Assembly (NCBI RefSeq): GCF_000143415.4
Contig: NW_003314267.1
Coordinates: forward strand, 1,810,100 to 1,874,099
Reading direction: 5' to 3'
Length of the DNA: 64,000 bases
Source: Selaginella moellendorffii
Taxonomy: Eukaryota; Plantae; Lycopodiophyta
The position numbers and the translations under genes were made by a program. Under the pieces are notes generated by a model, which was given only the letters and a program-made list of their open reading frames with translations, did no database searches and was not told the DNA's origin. Below, piece by piece: positions 42,490-55,576 of the stretch. Numbering within the stretch: position 1 is the stretch's first letter; every line of letters begins with the position of its first letter.

Positions 42490-45012
42490 TTAGAGGCTTT
42501 GGGACAGGCGCACCTCTTGGGGCAGCAGCCTGTAGTCGATCTCCAGCTCCTGGAACGAATCCTTGAGATGGATGAGGAGATCCGAGCGGCGGATCCACTT
42601 CTCGCCCGCGTTCTGGTGATTCATTGTGTGCTGGAGCCACAGGGACATCCGGACCCTGTTCATGTCCTCGATCTCGCGCATCACCACGTCGTGCTTGGGA
42701 TGCCAGTGGTGGAGGTGGCTGTCGATGTACCGCTTGATCCTCACCTTGAGCGCGTCGATCTTCTCGGCAGGGGTGGAGATGTGGAGGCTGAAATCGATGG
42801 CGTCGCCCATGTCGGGGCTGCGGTAGAAGTTGCTGATCGGTTTGGTCGCCAGCACGGAATTCGGGTAGTAGATCTTCTCGTTGTCGTAGCGGAGGAAGAC
42901 GGTGGTCAGGATGTTCATCTCTTCCACCACCATCTGCATTCGCATTTGCGAAGATCATGAGATCCAGTCAAGGCAAAAACAAGGAATTCATTCCAGACCT
43001 GGACTCCATCGACCACGCAACGATCGCCCACGTCGAAGGGATGCATCGCAAACAAGAAGATGATGGCCTCGAACACCGTCTTGCATGTGTTGCCAAAGAC
43101 GAACACCGCTAGAACCAGCTGGGACGAGAGCGCTACGAGCAAGTGCGTCGTCGCGATTCCCAGAATGAGCAGCCAGATCACGAGGATTATGATCCCCATG
43201 ATCACGTCCGTGATCCGGTGGAGCTTTTTTACCGCCGTCTTGGTGTCATTGAGCGAGAAGGAGAGCGCCCGCTTCTCGCGGTATACATTCACCTAGAGAA
43301 GAGAGAGATTAAGAACCCTAAAATATAACAGAGGACTTTAAACTCACCACAAAGTTGACGAGCGATTGCTTACTGATCTTGCCAGTCTCCATGGCGCCAT
43401 CGAAGAGCGCGAACGCCTTGATCGCGCACTCCTCGTCGCCCAGGAACCTCATGAGATCGACGAGGGAGAGGCAGCGGCATCCCGGGCGAGCGGCATTGTT
43501 GAAGATGTGCTTGGCCGCCGCCTTGGCCTGCCAGTCGCCCTCCAATCCGCCGCAACTGCCCCCGCAGGAATCCTCGTCGGAGTCGATGGCGTGCGCCAGC
43601 GTCGTGATCCGCGGCGATTTGGCGAGCCGGATGAGCCTCTTCATGTTCCAGGCCGAGACGTTCTTCTGATTCATGCGCTGAAGGTGCTCGATGCTAATGG
43701 GGCCGCCACTCTTGTGATCGCCACCGCCACCACCGCCAATGTTCCCGGATTTCTTGAGCAATCGCGGGTCAGCCTCGCTAGATCTCTTGCCAGCCTCGCC
43801 GGATCTCTTGAGCAGCTGGCTCGGATTGCCCTGGCTCTCCAGCAACGGCGGCCCCGAGAGAGACTCGAGGATGTACTCATTGAAAAGAGACTCCTGGATG
43901 CGATCGAAAAAGGTGTTGACGTGAAAGCTGAGCGCGAGCACCTTGACGAGGAGGATCTTGACGAGCCAGAGCGAGGCGGCGACGAGCAGGCAGATGAGGA
44001 TCCTGGTGACGATCTCGAGGGCCTTGCGCTCGCGCCGGATGGGCAGCGGGAGGTTTGGATCGAAGAGGAGGCGCCAGGCCAGGAGGATGATCCCAAACCA
44101 CAGGCAGTTTTGGACGCCCTTGTGGAGGCCATAGACGAAGTAGACGAGGCGCTTGCGCAGGATGAAGTTCCGCTCGATGAAGAAGACGAGGAAGCGGATG
44201 ATCCAGCCCGAGAGGAGGCGGCCGCTGAGGATGACGAGCGCGAGCACCGCCCAGCGCCAGAGATGGAGGCCCAGGAGCTTGCGGCGCTCGAGCACCGGGA
44301 TGTTGGTGGTACACACTAGGGCCCCAATGCTGAGCGCCAGAAACCCCCATTCCAAGAACACCCACAGATTCCAGGGCTTGTGGATGAGATCGTCGGGCAC
44401 GTCCAGTGGATCGTCCTCCGCCGCCCCGGTCGCCGATCCTGCCGCTTGAGCGTCCGGGGATTTGTTGAGAACTCCCGAGGATTTGAGCAGCCCAGACCGG
44501 AGAGGTGGCGGCGGTGGATCCCCGAGCCTGGATTTGCAGCGACCGTAGGACGGGATCCTGGAGGCTGCCTTGGCGGAGGATGGATCGAGCGCTCCAGCTT
44601 CGGCGGCGTCAGGGTATCGATCGGACGTGGAGCTGGAGCGGCGCCGCAACGAGGCCTTAGTACTGGGTGATTCCCAGAATGTGAGGTCGCCGTCCGCGCC
44701 CACGCCCGGATCGAGCTGGAAATCCCCGGATTCCTTCTGGTGCCTCAGGAATTCGCCGATGAGCTTGGTGGGAGGATCGATCGACTGCGCAGCCGAGAGA
44801 GTGGCGGGATCGTCTTGGAAGAAATAGCTGTTGCTCCGTTCCAGGGATCCCTCTTTCCGCTCGTCCTCGGCAATGTGGGTGGAATTTCTCGCGAGGCTTG
44901 GCTGCCCGGTCGGGGATGGAGCGTCCTCGTCGATCCGGAGAATGACCCTGTCCAGCTTACTCCCAGCATTGGCCTCGCCATTCATCATCATCTCCTTGGC
45001 CACAGCACCCAT
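42490..45012 (-). CDS. MSL: MscS-like mechanosensitive channel (MSL4-10 group), 3 exons
   Basis: FFDRIQESLFNEY, VSAWNMKRL, SLNDTKTAVKKL, FLFAMHPFDVGDRC, MVVEEMNILTTVFLR, YPNSVLATKPISNFYRSPDMGD. Confidence 0.94.
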
Positions 45013-45624
45013 GGATGGATTCCAATCAATCTTTTCCTTGTGAATCCGCGATCGAGTGTCTCCTCTCTCGCGCTCCTTTCGATTGAATCGATCGATAGCG
45101 CCGAAATTCCAAGACAGGAGTCCCGAAATCTAGCTCGAGCTCCTGTTCTCCGCGACAAGGAAATAAATGCGAGGGGGGAGGGAGGGGAGAAGATTATTCT
45201 ATTGCGTGGAAAACACCTAGGCGGACAAGAGAGATCGATCGAATTCTCGTCCCATTCCACGCAACGCCAAGGAGAAAGCGATCGATTTGGACGGATTATA
45301 ATGAAGAACACATGAGAGCGCGAGTGCGCGAGTGCGCCTGCTTGGTTCCCAGGCGAGGTGTCAACGAAACGCAGATTTTGCGGTCAATCTTTCTCTCTCG
45401 GCAATTGGGTAGATAGATACATTCGCCGCCCCGCACGAAAACCAACTTCGTACGTGGCGCCACGCCACCCCTCCACGTGTCGTTATAGAAAGCCACTTTT
45501 TCCGATCAGGCGAATATGCCGCACGATGGTTGCCGGTTGCCAAATCCAAAGAAAGTTCCTCGGTTAAAGTTCTCTTGGTGGAGCCTAAGAATTTGGGTGA
45601 TTTCCAGAGAGAAAGTTAAAAAGA

Positions 45625-46045
45625 AGATACGATGAATATGGAGGGGTCAGATTGGTTAACGTGGATGGCAGTGTGAAAAATGTGAAACGTCCAACCCTTT
45701 GGAAACACATAGCCTGGGACTACCCCCAGGGACAAAAAGGATTGTAAAAATTCAATAGCAAAGTTACTTCTTACACCATTGTATTCTATTTCTCTGACTG
45801 GAATTGCATTGTCTCGTCAACAAGACTTGTATCATCCCATGTCAAAGAGACTTTCTCGAAGAATTCTTTGGCCTTCTCCCTGCTGCGCGACTGAGATTGA
45901 TGTGACAAGAAGAAAAAGCGTTGGTTTGTTGCCAGATGTTGTCACGAAGTCAGCAAATCCAGGCCCTACGAATGGCTTTGGTATGAGGATCCAAAAGGGG
46001 AAAGGGGAGTCAAGAGAGGTCGTCATGCGTGATCTTGCAAATAAC
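45625..46045 (-). pseudogene. Degenerate partial duplicate of the adjacent P450
   Basis: Copies of KITHDDL, ILRE and GYVFPKGWTFHIFHTAIH exon pieces, with deletions and stops. Confidence 0.75.
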
Positions 46046-46305
46046 AGCTTCAGATTGACAAATTCCACAATCTCAGACACGAACACTTTCAACACGCGAT
46101 CCAACCCTTGGTGTATGGGGTAGCCGAATTTAAAAGAGGAAAAAAAGACCTACGTATGAAGATCAATGGAAGAATCACAAGCGGCTCCACAAGAGCGCCA
46201 GATCCTTTTTCACTCCACGAGGAACTTCCTCTTGTTTTTATCAAGAATCTGCGACAAAGCTTTTCTGAGTCATGGCCATCTCTCTAGGTAGGCTAGCAGC
46301 ACAAG

Positions 46306-48070
46306 TCATTTGCGGTTGATTTCCACAACGTATCCGTCTTCTGGGATTCGCAGTGGCCAGTTTCTTATTGCCCCGTTTGGAGCTTTCGGCTTCCAGCTGC
46401 GAGAAGGAATTGGAATTGTTTTTTCTTTTGATGGGAAACTTAATTACCTGTACTGTGTTACTAGCCTGTGAAAGAAAACGAGGATTTCCAGTTTAGCAAG
46501 CTCGGCACCAGGACAAGTTCGCAAACCGCATCCAAATCCAATGAGAGTTCCCGGTTTTTGTGGAACCTGCGGAGTATGGTTAAGGTTTTCTTCGTAGCAA
46601 ATCGAAAGAAAGTTTTAGTACGAGGAATCTGGAGGGGTCAAATTTATAAGGATCAGCGAAATAATCTTCGTTCAGGTGGATGGCAGTGTGGAAAATGTGA
46701 AGCGTCCATCCCTTTGGAAACACATAGCCTGGAATCCATTGAAAACAGGAGGAGCAAATTTTATAGCAAAACCACTAAGAGCTGCTTACCATTGTACTCG
46801 ACAGCGTGTTTCATCTCTCTGACCAGCATTCCTCCACTTGCCAATCTTAGAGTCTCCTGAAGAACACGCATAGTCACTGGCATTCTTCTTGTATCCTCCC
46901 ATGTCAAGTGAGGTTGCTCTCTTTCTCGAAGAATTTTCTGGTGTTCTTCCTGCAAGCGCGAACAATTAATATAAAAGAAGAAATGTCTTTTGTAGGATTT
47001 ACCACAACTTCCTTCAAGATTTCGGGATTTTCTTGCAAGCGTTTCATCATCCACACGAGCGTGAGAGGAGTAGTGTGCTGCCCTGCAAAGAGCAAACCAA
47101 CAATATTGTCCTCGATCTGCTGGTTTGTTGAGTTGAGGTCCTTGTCATTCATGAGCTTATGCAAGAGGTCGTCATGCGTGATCTTGGAAATCCTCCTCTC
47201 GTTTATCAATCGATCAAGGTGATAGTGAAGACGTTTCCGAGCCTGGATATGGTTTCAAATCAGTTCGCAAAGAATTTCTCCAAGACTTACCTGAAGCGCT
47301 CGATGGTAATCAGTAAACGGGAGATTTATGGGAAGCTTAAACAAGCCTCTAGAAGCCACAGTTACATCGTGCATGAAATCTCCCGTTTTGGTTTGAAAAA
47401 TCCGCGGGTCATCACAAATAAACGCGGTGACAACGTCGAAAGTTAACTGCAAGAACAGAAAGAGCTTAGAACTGGCAAAGCTCACAAATCACAGATACCT
47501 GTAGTGTTTCTTCCAAAACGGTAACACATCCCTTCCGTTGCCAAGAAGTCAATAAGTCCATAGCAATCTTGTCAAACCTTTGGACATGATTATTGAGAGG
47601 ATCACCACTCATGGAGCTCAGTATTGCTCGGTGATATCTTGCATGTGTTGCTCCTTCCACATGTCCCACACTTTCTTTTCCGACAATCAAGAAGCCCGAG
47701 TTTGAAGGGGAGCAACAATTCCTTGCTCCAGGATTTGTGAGGAAAAACTTTACAGCTTCGGGAGTACTGATAACAATACTTTGACGTCCGAACAAGTGAG
47801 CCGAAAAAATGTCCCCAAATCTGTTGGGAATGGCAAACGAAAACACAAAAAGCTTGAAAGCTGAGAAAGAAAAGAGAAAAATTACCTCTTGCGACGCTGG
47901 AAAACGAAATCCTCAGCTGTGCCTCGCAGAAGTTGTATTGTCTCGCCAAGAATGGGCCAGCCTCGATTGCCTGGTGGTGTTTGCACGGAGCCACTCTTTC
48001 TTTTTGACGATATAAGGAATGCAGCCACTGCAGGGATCACAAGCAGCAAGTAGAGACTCCACAGCGCCAT
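46306..48070 (-). CDS. Cytochrome P450, CYP85 clan (CYP707/CYP722-like), multi-exon
   Basis: Signal anchor plus PPGNRGWPILGET; I-helix LFAGQHTT; QETLR (ExxR); FDPSRF; heme motif FGCGLRTCPG. TGA at 46306-46308. Confidence 0.9.
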
Positions 48071-48331
48071 AACTTTCCTCCTTAGAACCTGATAACTTCG
48101 TCTTAGTTTTATCGTTTCCAAGCGTGCACTCGCAATGTTTCGGACAAAACGAGGACTTCATAACTTTTTCCGTTTTGGCGATTTCTCGAGGTAGCAAATG
48201 CCGACAATATTCATTTGTCATTTACTAATCCAATGGGAATCTGGATGAACTTCTATCACCTGGCTCGAGCAAGCTATTAACTTCATTTTCCAGCTAATTA
48301 TATGATGGATCGATCATAAAACAGCTTAGCT

Positions 48332-48410
48332 TCAAAGCAAGTGTTTTCGGAACCAAGCTATAAAGTTTTTGTGAGCCTCCTCCGCATTCTTCACAGTGCT
48401 TCACATCAGA
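48332..48410 (-). pseudogene. Remnant 3' end of a dienelactone-hydrolase-family gene
   Basis: Encodes VKNAEEAHKNFIAWFRKHLL*, nearly identical to 63672-63750. Confidence 0.8.
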
Positions 48411-48857
48411 GTCAATTTGGAGTCAATTCGGAGTCAAATGCGAGTTGAGTGGGACTCAGTGAAGTGGATTTGGAATGACATGGTGTGCACAATTCAAAAT
48501 TGCAAAACACTGCATTACATGTCATTGGCATGTTTGTCATATCATCATTGCCGTGAGATCAAGACGTGGAAGTGTACTTCATAAGAAAGAAGAAAGAAAA
48601 GAATTACATACTAAGGACTTAAAAATCATATGCAATCAACTTACTCGATGTCCTCAAGCACAATGACCTGTAGAAAAGTTAGAGGTGTGACCATGAGCTG
48701 TGGTTTAATTGGCAAAACCACAATTACTTGCAACACATCCTGTGGGAGCTGGTTCATTCATGATAAGTCTTGCAATATATATTATGACATATAATTCTCT
48801 TAAGCATTATAAATCATGAATTTAAACACAATATATTTTTGATATAATTTTTAATAT

Positions 48858-49027
48858 TGTGAGTGTTTGGGATATAGGAATAGGTATTTTGGTTTAGACC
48901 CCTGCTTATATACAAGAATGGATGGACTAAATTCAGTCCTAAATGGAAAGTCTATATATTATAGTATTATAATTAGTGTATTACCTAATAAATGTATATA
49001 CATATATATATATTTATAAACCTTACC
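48858..49027 (-). repeat. Eroded LTR of an A-related subfamily
   Basis: TGTGAGTGTTTGGGATAT...AAATTCAGTCC.AAATGGA...TATAAACCTTAC, similar to 55412-55576. Confidence 0.6.
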
Positions 49028-49067
49028 CCATCTTAAAGATGAAAAAGTGATAACAATAAATTAGGTG

Positions 49068-51390
49068 TGTGAGTGCATGGAATATGGAAAGGGAATATAG
49101 AAAATGTGTATATTAATTAGCCCAAAAACCCTAATTTATATACAAGAGCGAGTGGTCCGGATTGAAACTAATCCGATGGTTACCAAAATCCCATTACACT
49201 AATATTAGTATACAACATTGTAGTCGTACACTTGGACATTATATCATCCCCTCCTTAATAATGGAAGACCATCAAAGTTCTTTTGTAGATGGGCCAGGAT
49301 CTAGAGGAATGTCAAGAGGAGGCATTGGTAGATTTGTAGGTGGTATCAGTTGTTCTTGATCCCTTTGTATGAAGCATTTCAACTGCTACACATATATAAT
49401 TTCTGGAGGATTGGCTTACTAGATGTTATGCCAAACCTCATAAACTTGGAGTCCAACTTGCCATAACACCTGATATGATCCCTTCCATTGAGCAAGGAGC
49501 CCCTTAGATAAACCATGTACTGTAAAATGGGGAAGATGAATTAACACCAAGTCATCCACTTTGTACTCTGCAAGTGGATGATGATGAGAGTTGTAGCGCC
49601 ATTGTTGTCCTATTTGTATGCAACCTAAGTGTTTAGCAAACTCTATTCGGACAAGTGGAAGAATGTTCGTCAAATACTAATCCCACGACCTAGCATCGGT
49701 AGCTCGTGGCAATTGCGAAAGTAAACCTAGCTCCATTGGTAATATTAGATCATGACCATATAAAAGTTTATATGGTGAAGCACCAACAAAACTTTTGCAC
49801 CCCTGTGATATATGCATAACGAAGAGACAGCAAATAACCATCCCAATCTGAATGCTGAAAGTTCACATACTTTGTGATCATTCCTTTGAATGTCCAAATG
49901 AGCCATTTCACCAAACCATTTGACTGTGGATGATAAGCACTTGTGAAAGTGTGGCATATCCCCAACCGAGATGTCAAAACATAAAATGCCTCAGCCATAA
50001 ATGTGGGGCCATTATCTGAAAGAATCCGCTCCAGACAAGAATGTTAGAATACCACTCAATTGATGAGGAAATATTCAACAACAGTTGCAGAGGCGCTAGC
50101 AAAAACATCAACTTCCACCCAACAAGTCAAATAGTTAGAAACAATAATAACATATTCATCACTAGTAGTTGATCGTGGAAAAGGTCTTATAAGATTAAAT
50201 GCCACTAACTCAAATGGACGGGAAATTGCAATGGACTCCAACTGTCCTTCTGCGACATGAGGGGGAGTATTACAAGCTTGGCATCAAATGCAACTATGCA
50301 TATACCGGATAACATCACGTTGCATTTCCGGCCAATAGAAAGACCTAAGTAGCTTCTTGGTCATACGACGATGTTCTATATACCCGCCTAGAATAAGAGA
50401 ATCATGGTAGGTATAGAGAAACCGTGGAATAAAGATGAAAGGCACCACCAGCAGTAAAGGATCATCAAAATTCATCCCCACAAAATAAAGAAGGCCATTT
50501 TCAAGGCAATATTGAGAATGTAAATGCCAGAATGACAAATCATCAGCAAATGATGTAACCCATCTCGAAGCCTTCGAATCCATGACTCAATCTTTTGAGC
50601 CTCACGAACCTCATCAAAAGAAGATAGATCTTGCTCTGCATTTTGTGGACACTGAATATCAAGTATAGCAACTGCCAGCAGTATAGAATTCTCTTCTAGA
50701 AAATCCATAGATGTTGGAATAACAAGCTCGTCAGAGACATGAGAAGAGAGTGGAGAAGGAAGAGGAGCTCGAAAAAGGGCATCAGCATTAGCTATAGAAC
50801 TCCCTGGGCAATGAATAACATTAAAATCATATATTTAAAGCTTTAAAGCCCACTAAGTAGTATGACTAACTATGTTCTTTCACTTCAATAATGAAGTAAT
50901 AGCAGTATGATCACTTTCAAGTAACGTCCAAAAACTATGTAGATATGCATGAAGTTTTTTAAAACCCCAGACTGCTGTTAAACACTCCTTTATCACAGTC
51001 CCTTGGAGATATGTGGGAAACTCATGCAAACGTCGAACATCATCCTAAAATTGATATGTGGTAATCACTGTGAAGTGATTGAACCAACAGGACACATCAT
51101 CCCTAGGATTCTTGCGAAAGAACTCCAGCCGAACGTGAGGATTGGCACCAAGAGCAAAAGGAGTTGTACCATGTGCCGTGAATACTGCCATCAATTGAGT
51201 TTAGTTATTCAATTGCAATTTCATAACATCAAGCAATTGTACCAACTGCTATTCCAGAGTCAAAGGAGGAGGAGATTGCTGATTTGCCATGAAGATGAAC
51301 AAAAAAGAAAGAGCAGAAGAAGAAAAATAATTAAAGAAAGTTAGAAGGAAAGGGAGATTTAGACAATGCAAAAAGTTAGATTTAAACCCT
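49068..51390 (-). mobile_element. Second family-A Ty3/gypsy copy, internally deleted and 5'-truncated
   Basis: 3' LTR at 49068-49243, PPT, integrase (FYWPEMQRDVIRY, RPFELVAF, SAYHPQSNG), end of RNase H fused at ~50990 directly to the gag N-terminus. Protease and RT are absent. Confidence 0.88.
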
Positions 51391-51594
51391 CTATGTGCCA
51401 TGTGTTATATGCCATATGCCACATGTCACATGCCATGTGTCCAATAATAGTGAAGAAAAACCTAAATTTTAAGTCTTTAGCCATTGAATGAAGGAATGGA
51501 GCCAAATTCTTAAACATAAAGCTAAGGAGCAAAGAAATCAGAGCATAGAACAACTCTCAAGCATTTAGCCCAAGGAGCGAAGGGATAAACAGTC

Positions 51595-52302
51595 TGTGAG
51601 ACACAAAATCCCTAGGCCCCAAAGTGGAGCCGGAAAGGGTGCCACGTGGCAGTGGCTGAAGCGAGAGCCAAACAAGCGTAACACGTTTGGACCAAAAGCT
51701 CCGACTTGAAAAGTCAAGAGCGGGAGTGGAACTCCCAAAGAAGGGCTCGAGGAACGAGCACGAAGCGAGCAAAAAGCGAGGCTCCAAAAAGGGACCCAAA
51801 AGGACCAACACATGACACGTGGGAGTGTTCGAGATGGACCCGAGTTGGAGTCCGAAGTGGAGTCCGAGATGGACCCGAGTTGGAGTCCGAAGTGGAGTCC
51901 GAGATGGACCCGAGTTGGAGTCCGAAGTGGAGTCCGAGATGGACCCGAGTTGGAGTCCGAAGTGGAGTCCGAGATGGACCAGAGTTGAAGTCCGAAGTGG
52001 AGTCCGAGATGGACCCGAGATGGAGTCCGAGGTGGACCTGAGATGGACCCGAGTTGGAGTCTGAAGTGGAGTCCGAGATGGACCCGAGATGGAGTCCGAG
52101 GTGGACCCGAGATGGACCCGAAATGGAGTCCGAGATGGAGTCCGAGGTGGACCCGAGATGGACACGAAATGGAGTCCGAGATGGACCCGAGATGGAGTCC
52201 GAGATGGACCCGAGATGGACCCGAGATGGAGTCCGAGATGGAGTCCGAGATGGAGTCCGAGATGGAGTCCGAAGTCGAGACCGACACCGGGACCGAGACC
52301 GG

Positions 52303-52334
<32 letters not shown>

Positions 52335-53438
52335 TCGGGACCGAGACCGAGACTGAGGCCGAGACCGAGCCCAAGCCCAAGTCCGAGTCCGAATCCGAAT
52401 CCGAGTCCGAGTCCGAGTCCGAGTCCGAGTCCAGAGCCTGAGAGGGTGAAAGCCCAAAGCGTTCGTCTCCCAGACCCTGGGGGGTTTGGTGAGCTCCAAA
52501 AGTATAGTAGGGGGAGGACTGCAATGGAGCCAGTTTGGCCAGGAAAGGCCAGTTTGGCCCAGGAAGGCCAGACCCAGTGTTGGGTGATGAACTGACCACT
52601 GGGAAGTCTAAGACTAGAGTGAATACGGACCGACAAGCGGGGTAGCTTGGTGAAGTGTTCAAGAGCCGGCTCTAGTTCCCCCGGGAGATCGACTGGCCGA
52701 TGCTCCCAGTCCAAGTGTGGGTGGCACTACCTACTTGGATACTAGGCGTGGCTCAATGGAACCTTGCTCTAAGCCCATGGCTAGAGCACCTAAAGGCGAA
52801 AGGCGGGGAGAGTACCCAGGTGGCTCGCGTAAGGCCACGGTGTTCCGAAACGTTGTCCCAAAGGCCTAGACTGTGGAAAGGAAGAGGAGCAGTCCTCTGG
52901 GGTAGTGACCAAGGACACAGTCAGGTGGTGAGGAAGTCCCAGAGGACCATGGGACTTAGGGGTCGGGCCTGTGGGTCTCGATCCAGTGCCAGTGTTAGCA
53001 AACACGGCCAGGGGCAGGAAGGGACTTGGTAGGAACTGACAAAGGGACTTTGGGGAAGGCAATTCCCCAGGTCTGTGGGCATCCTAAGGATGCTAAGGAG
53101 TGGATCTAGTATGACCACTCGTGGACAGATGGCCCAGTCTTGGAGAGACGGGATGGTGATGCAAGTGGTATTGGACCACTAGTGCAGTAGAGGCGAATGG
53201 GCATGGCCTTAGCGTAACGGGCCGAGATGTTAGTGGTACCTTTGGGTGTCGGTCTTGGGATCGGACACGTGGAGCACTTGGACCAAGTGCAAAGGTTGAG
53301 TGGCATGGATGCCATTCTCGGGGCTAGCAAGCCCCAAGTCCTGAATGGGACTTATGGAGGTTGTGAATGAGACTCCTCCAAGTGGTCGGAGGTGTGGTTA
53401 AGTGACTAAAGTAGAATGGAAAAAATTAGTCGCTTACA
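51595..53438. mobile_element. 1844-bp solo LTR-like insertion
   Basis: TGTGAG...CTTACA termini flanked by a perfect 5-bp TSD CAGTC (51590-51594, 53439-53443). GC-rich and non-coding. Confidence 0.8.
51829..52435. repeat. Compound tandem repeat array
   Basis: 35-bp units (GAGATGGACCC-GAGTTGGAGTCC-GAAGTGGAGTCC) grade into 11/12-mers, then into (GAGACC)n and (GAGTCC)n hexamers. Confidence 0.95.
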
Positions 53439-53710
53439 CAGTCTTAGAGCTTCCAACATCCTAATGTTAGGACTAACACCCAAAACAAAGCCAAACAAAA
53501 TTTAGTATTATTTCAACATACTAGTGGCTTAACGCAATGATATGAGTACTCCACCAGTTAGTATGGTGTGGAACTTGGGCTTAGACCTAAGACAGATGCA
53601 AAACAAAGACAAGCATGCAAACAAGAACTAAACTATACCTCAAGTTGGTCAGCCATGCTTAACCTACCCACCATCTCTACTATCTTACTATCCTTATTAT
53701 ATATTTAGTA

Positions 53711-53732
53711 CCCCCCCCCCCCCCCCCCCCCC
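53711..53732. repeat. Poly(C) tract (22 nt)
   Basis: Directly visible. Confidence 0.9.
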
Positions 53733-54616
53733 TTGGTTTTTAGGAAAGGAGACTTTGGGCTTTCCCCCTTAGTACCAAGAATTAACCTCTAGGACACGTT
53801 TGAAACTTATTAAATATGGAATGATGTTAGATTGCAAATTTGGGCACAAGACCAACACCATTGTGTCCAAAAAAATCTCTACATTCTGTAGATATGCCAA
53901 ATTAGCAAATTTAAACACTTTCCCTAAATAATAATTAAGACCAAATAGGACAAACACATAGTGTTTGGCAGTAAGCTCTCATCTGGCAAATATTAAGAGA
54001 CTAAGCTTAATATCATGGGGGTTTTTAATACTAGCAAATGCAAGCCAATATATGAGTTTCTCATACTGGGCCAAGTATGCTTAGCAAGAAACACATAAGA
54101 GTTTCTACTTTATGTTTATTTGGTAAAAGTATATATATGATGACCAGTTTCTCAACTAGTTTAGGTCGAGATTGATAAAGGGTCTAGCAATACTAATTTC
54201 CTGCTGTTGTGGCAATAAAGAAAGAATATTTAAAAGGATTACTTGACAGATAATTTTTGATACTCACAATCACATTTACGACATCAAGGAAACACATAAA
54301 CCCTTAAACAACAATGATAAAATAAAACTCTCAACAACACTCATAATTAGGGACACACATTCAACTTGAAGCTCTGGCCAAAGTAATTCAACCTTTGGAA
54401 TAAGGAATACTCGATACCAGAATTAATAAAATACTCTATCAAATAAACAAAAACAAGATTCTCAACTTTACATATATACTCAACATCTAGATTAATATGA
54501 GAAGGATAGAAAACACTATTGTATAATTTCAATTTTAGGGTTTGAAATATACTTTATTCAAGGATATATTATATTTTAAGTAACCATTAATCAATTGAAT
54601 AGAACACATGCTATTA

Positions 54617-54763
54617 GCTCCAATACCACATATAACACACCCTTCTCTCTCTCTTTAACCCAATTGGAAAAGGGATAATTACTTGATGAGAAAACCCTTA
54701 ATAGTTATTTTATCCTATAATGACAATATATCCAAATTTTATCCCATTATCATATGCACTACA
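54617..54763 (-). mobile_element. Family-D LTR with adjacent degenerate iMet PBS
   Basis: Similar to the solo LTR at 59969-60130. Left flank GCTCCAATACCA resembles the reverse complement of TGGTATCAGAGC. Confidence 0.6.
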
Positions 54764-54879
54764 GAAAGTGGCTTAGACCAAGAAAAAGTTAGAAAAGAGT
54801 AGAAAGTAAAGAGAAACGATCAAATAATAGATAAAAAGATTAACACTTACCCCATGAATTCTCTAACTCATCTCCAAAG

Positions 54880-55576
54880 CTATCTCCATAATAATTAAGT
54901 TCTTTATCACAATTTGGAATCCATTCAAACTTGTAAATATCGTATTCCCGATCTTTAAATATTCTTCAAGAACCAGACTAGATCATCTATAACTCATTAA
55001 TCAATATTACGATCACACTCCATATTAATGAGAGATGGTAGAGCACCAAGAACAAGACAAACCATATAATCACATCCTATAGAAGTTAGAGACAACAACA
55101 CACCAAAGATGGGCAACACCAATATGAACACACCCCATAACACCAAAAGCTCAATCCAATGTAGTACTATCAACAGCCTCAAATGACATGCTCCTTGATT
55201 GATGACGGTGTGGCATGGTAAAAGAAGATAATAAAATAAAGATCACAACAATAGCTAGAATTTTAGATCTTGCAAAAAGCTAATACAGATTTAAATTTAA
55301 AAAATAATGAAAAATTTAAAACAAACAGCATAATCCCAAACACAAGAGCAAAATATTGTTAAAAAGCTTTGCCCTTCAAAGACAAATTGTAGTGCTCTTC
55401 ATCTCCACCAATATGAGTGCTTGGGATATAAAAATAGATATATTATTAAGGTTTAAACCCCTTCTTACAGACAAAAATTGATTGACCAAATTCAGTCCCA
55501 AATGGACAGTATAATTAATATATTACTTAGTCAGGGTAATACATGTATATATATACATGTATTTATAAACCTTACA
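54880..55576 (-). mobile_element. Eroded 5' end (LTR, tRNA-Ala PBS, leader) of an A-related element
   Basis: CATCTCCACCA immediately left of the LTR-like 55412-55576. Confidence 0.55.

Noticed and set aside
43366-44365. Long alternative-frame and antisense ORFs over the MSL, LIP2, HSK and GRAS genes
   Set aside because: Expected shadows of high-GC3 coding sequence.
51829-52435. CRISPR-like regular repeats
   Set aside because: No unique spacers, no cas genes, eukaryotic context.
51557-52714. Several long ORFs with SR, RD, GL or SD dipeptide repeats that look like SR splicing factors
   Set aside because: They are products of a stop-free tandem repeat, open in most frames on both strands, with no RRM or other domain.
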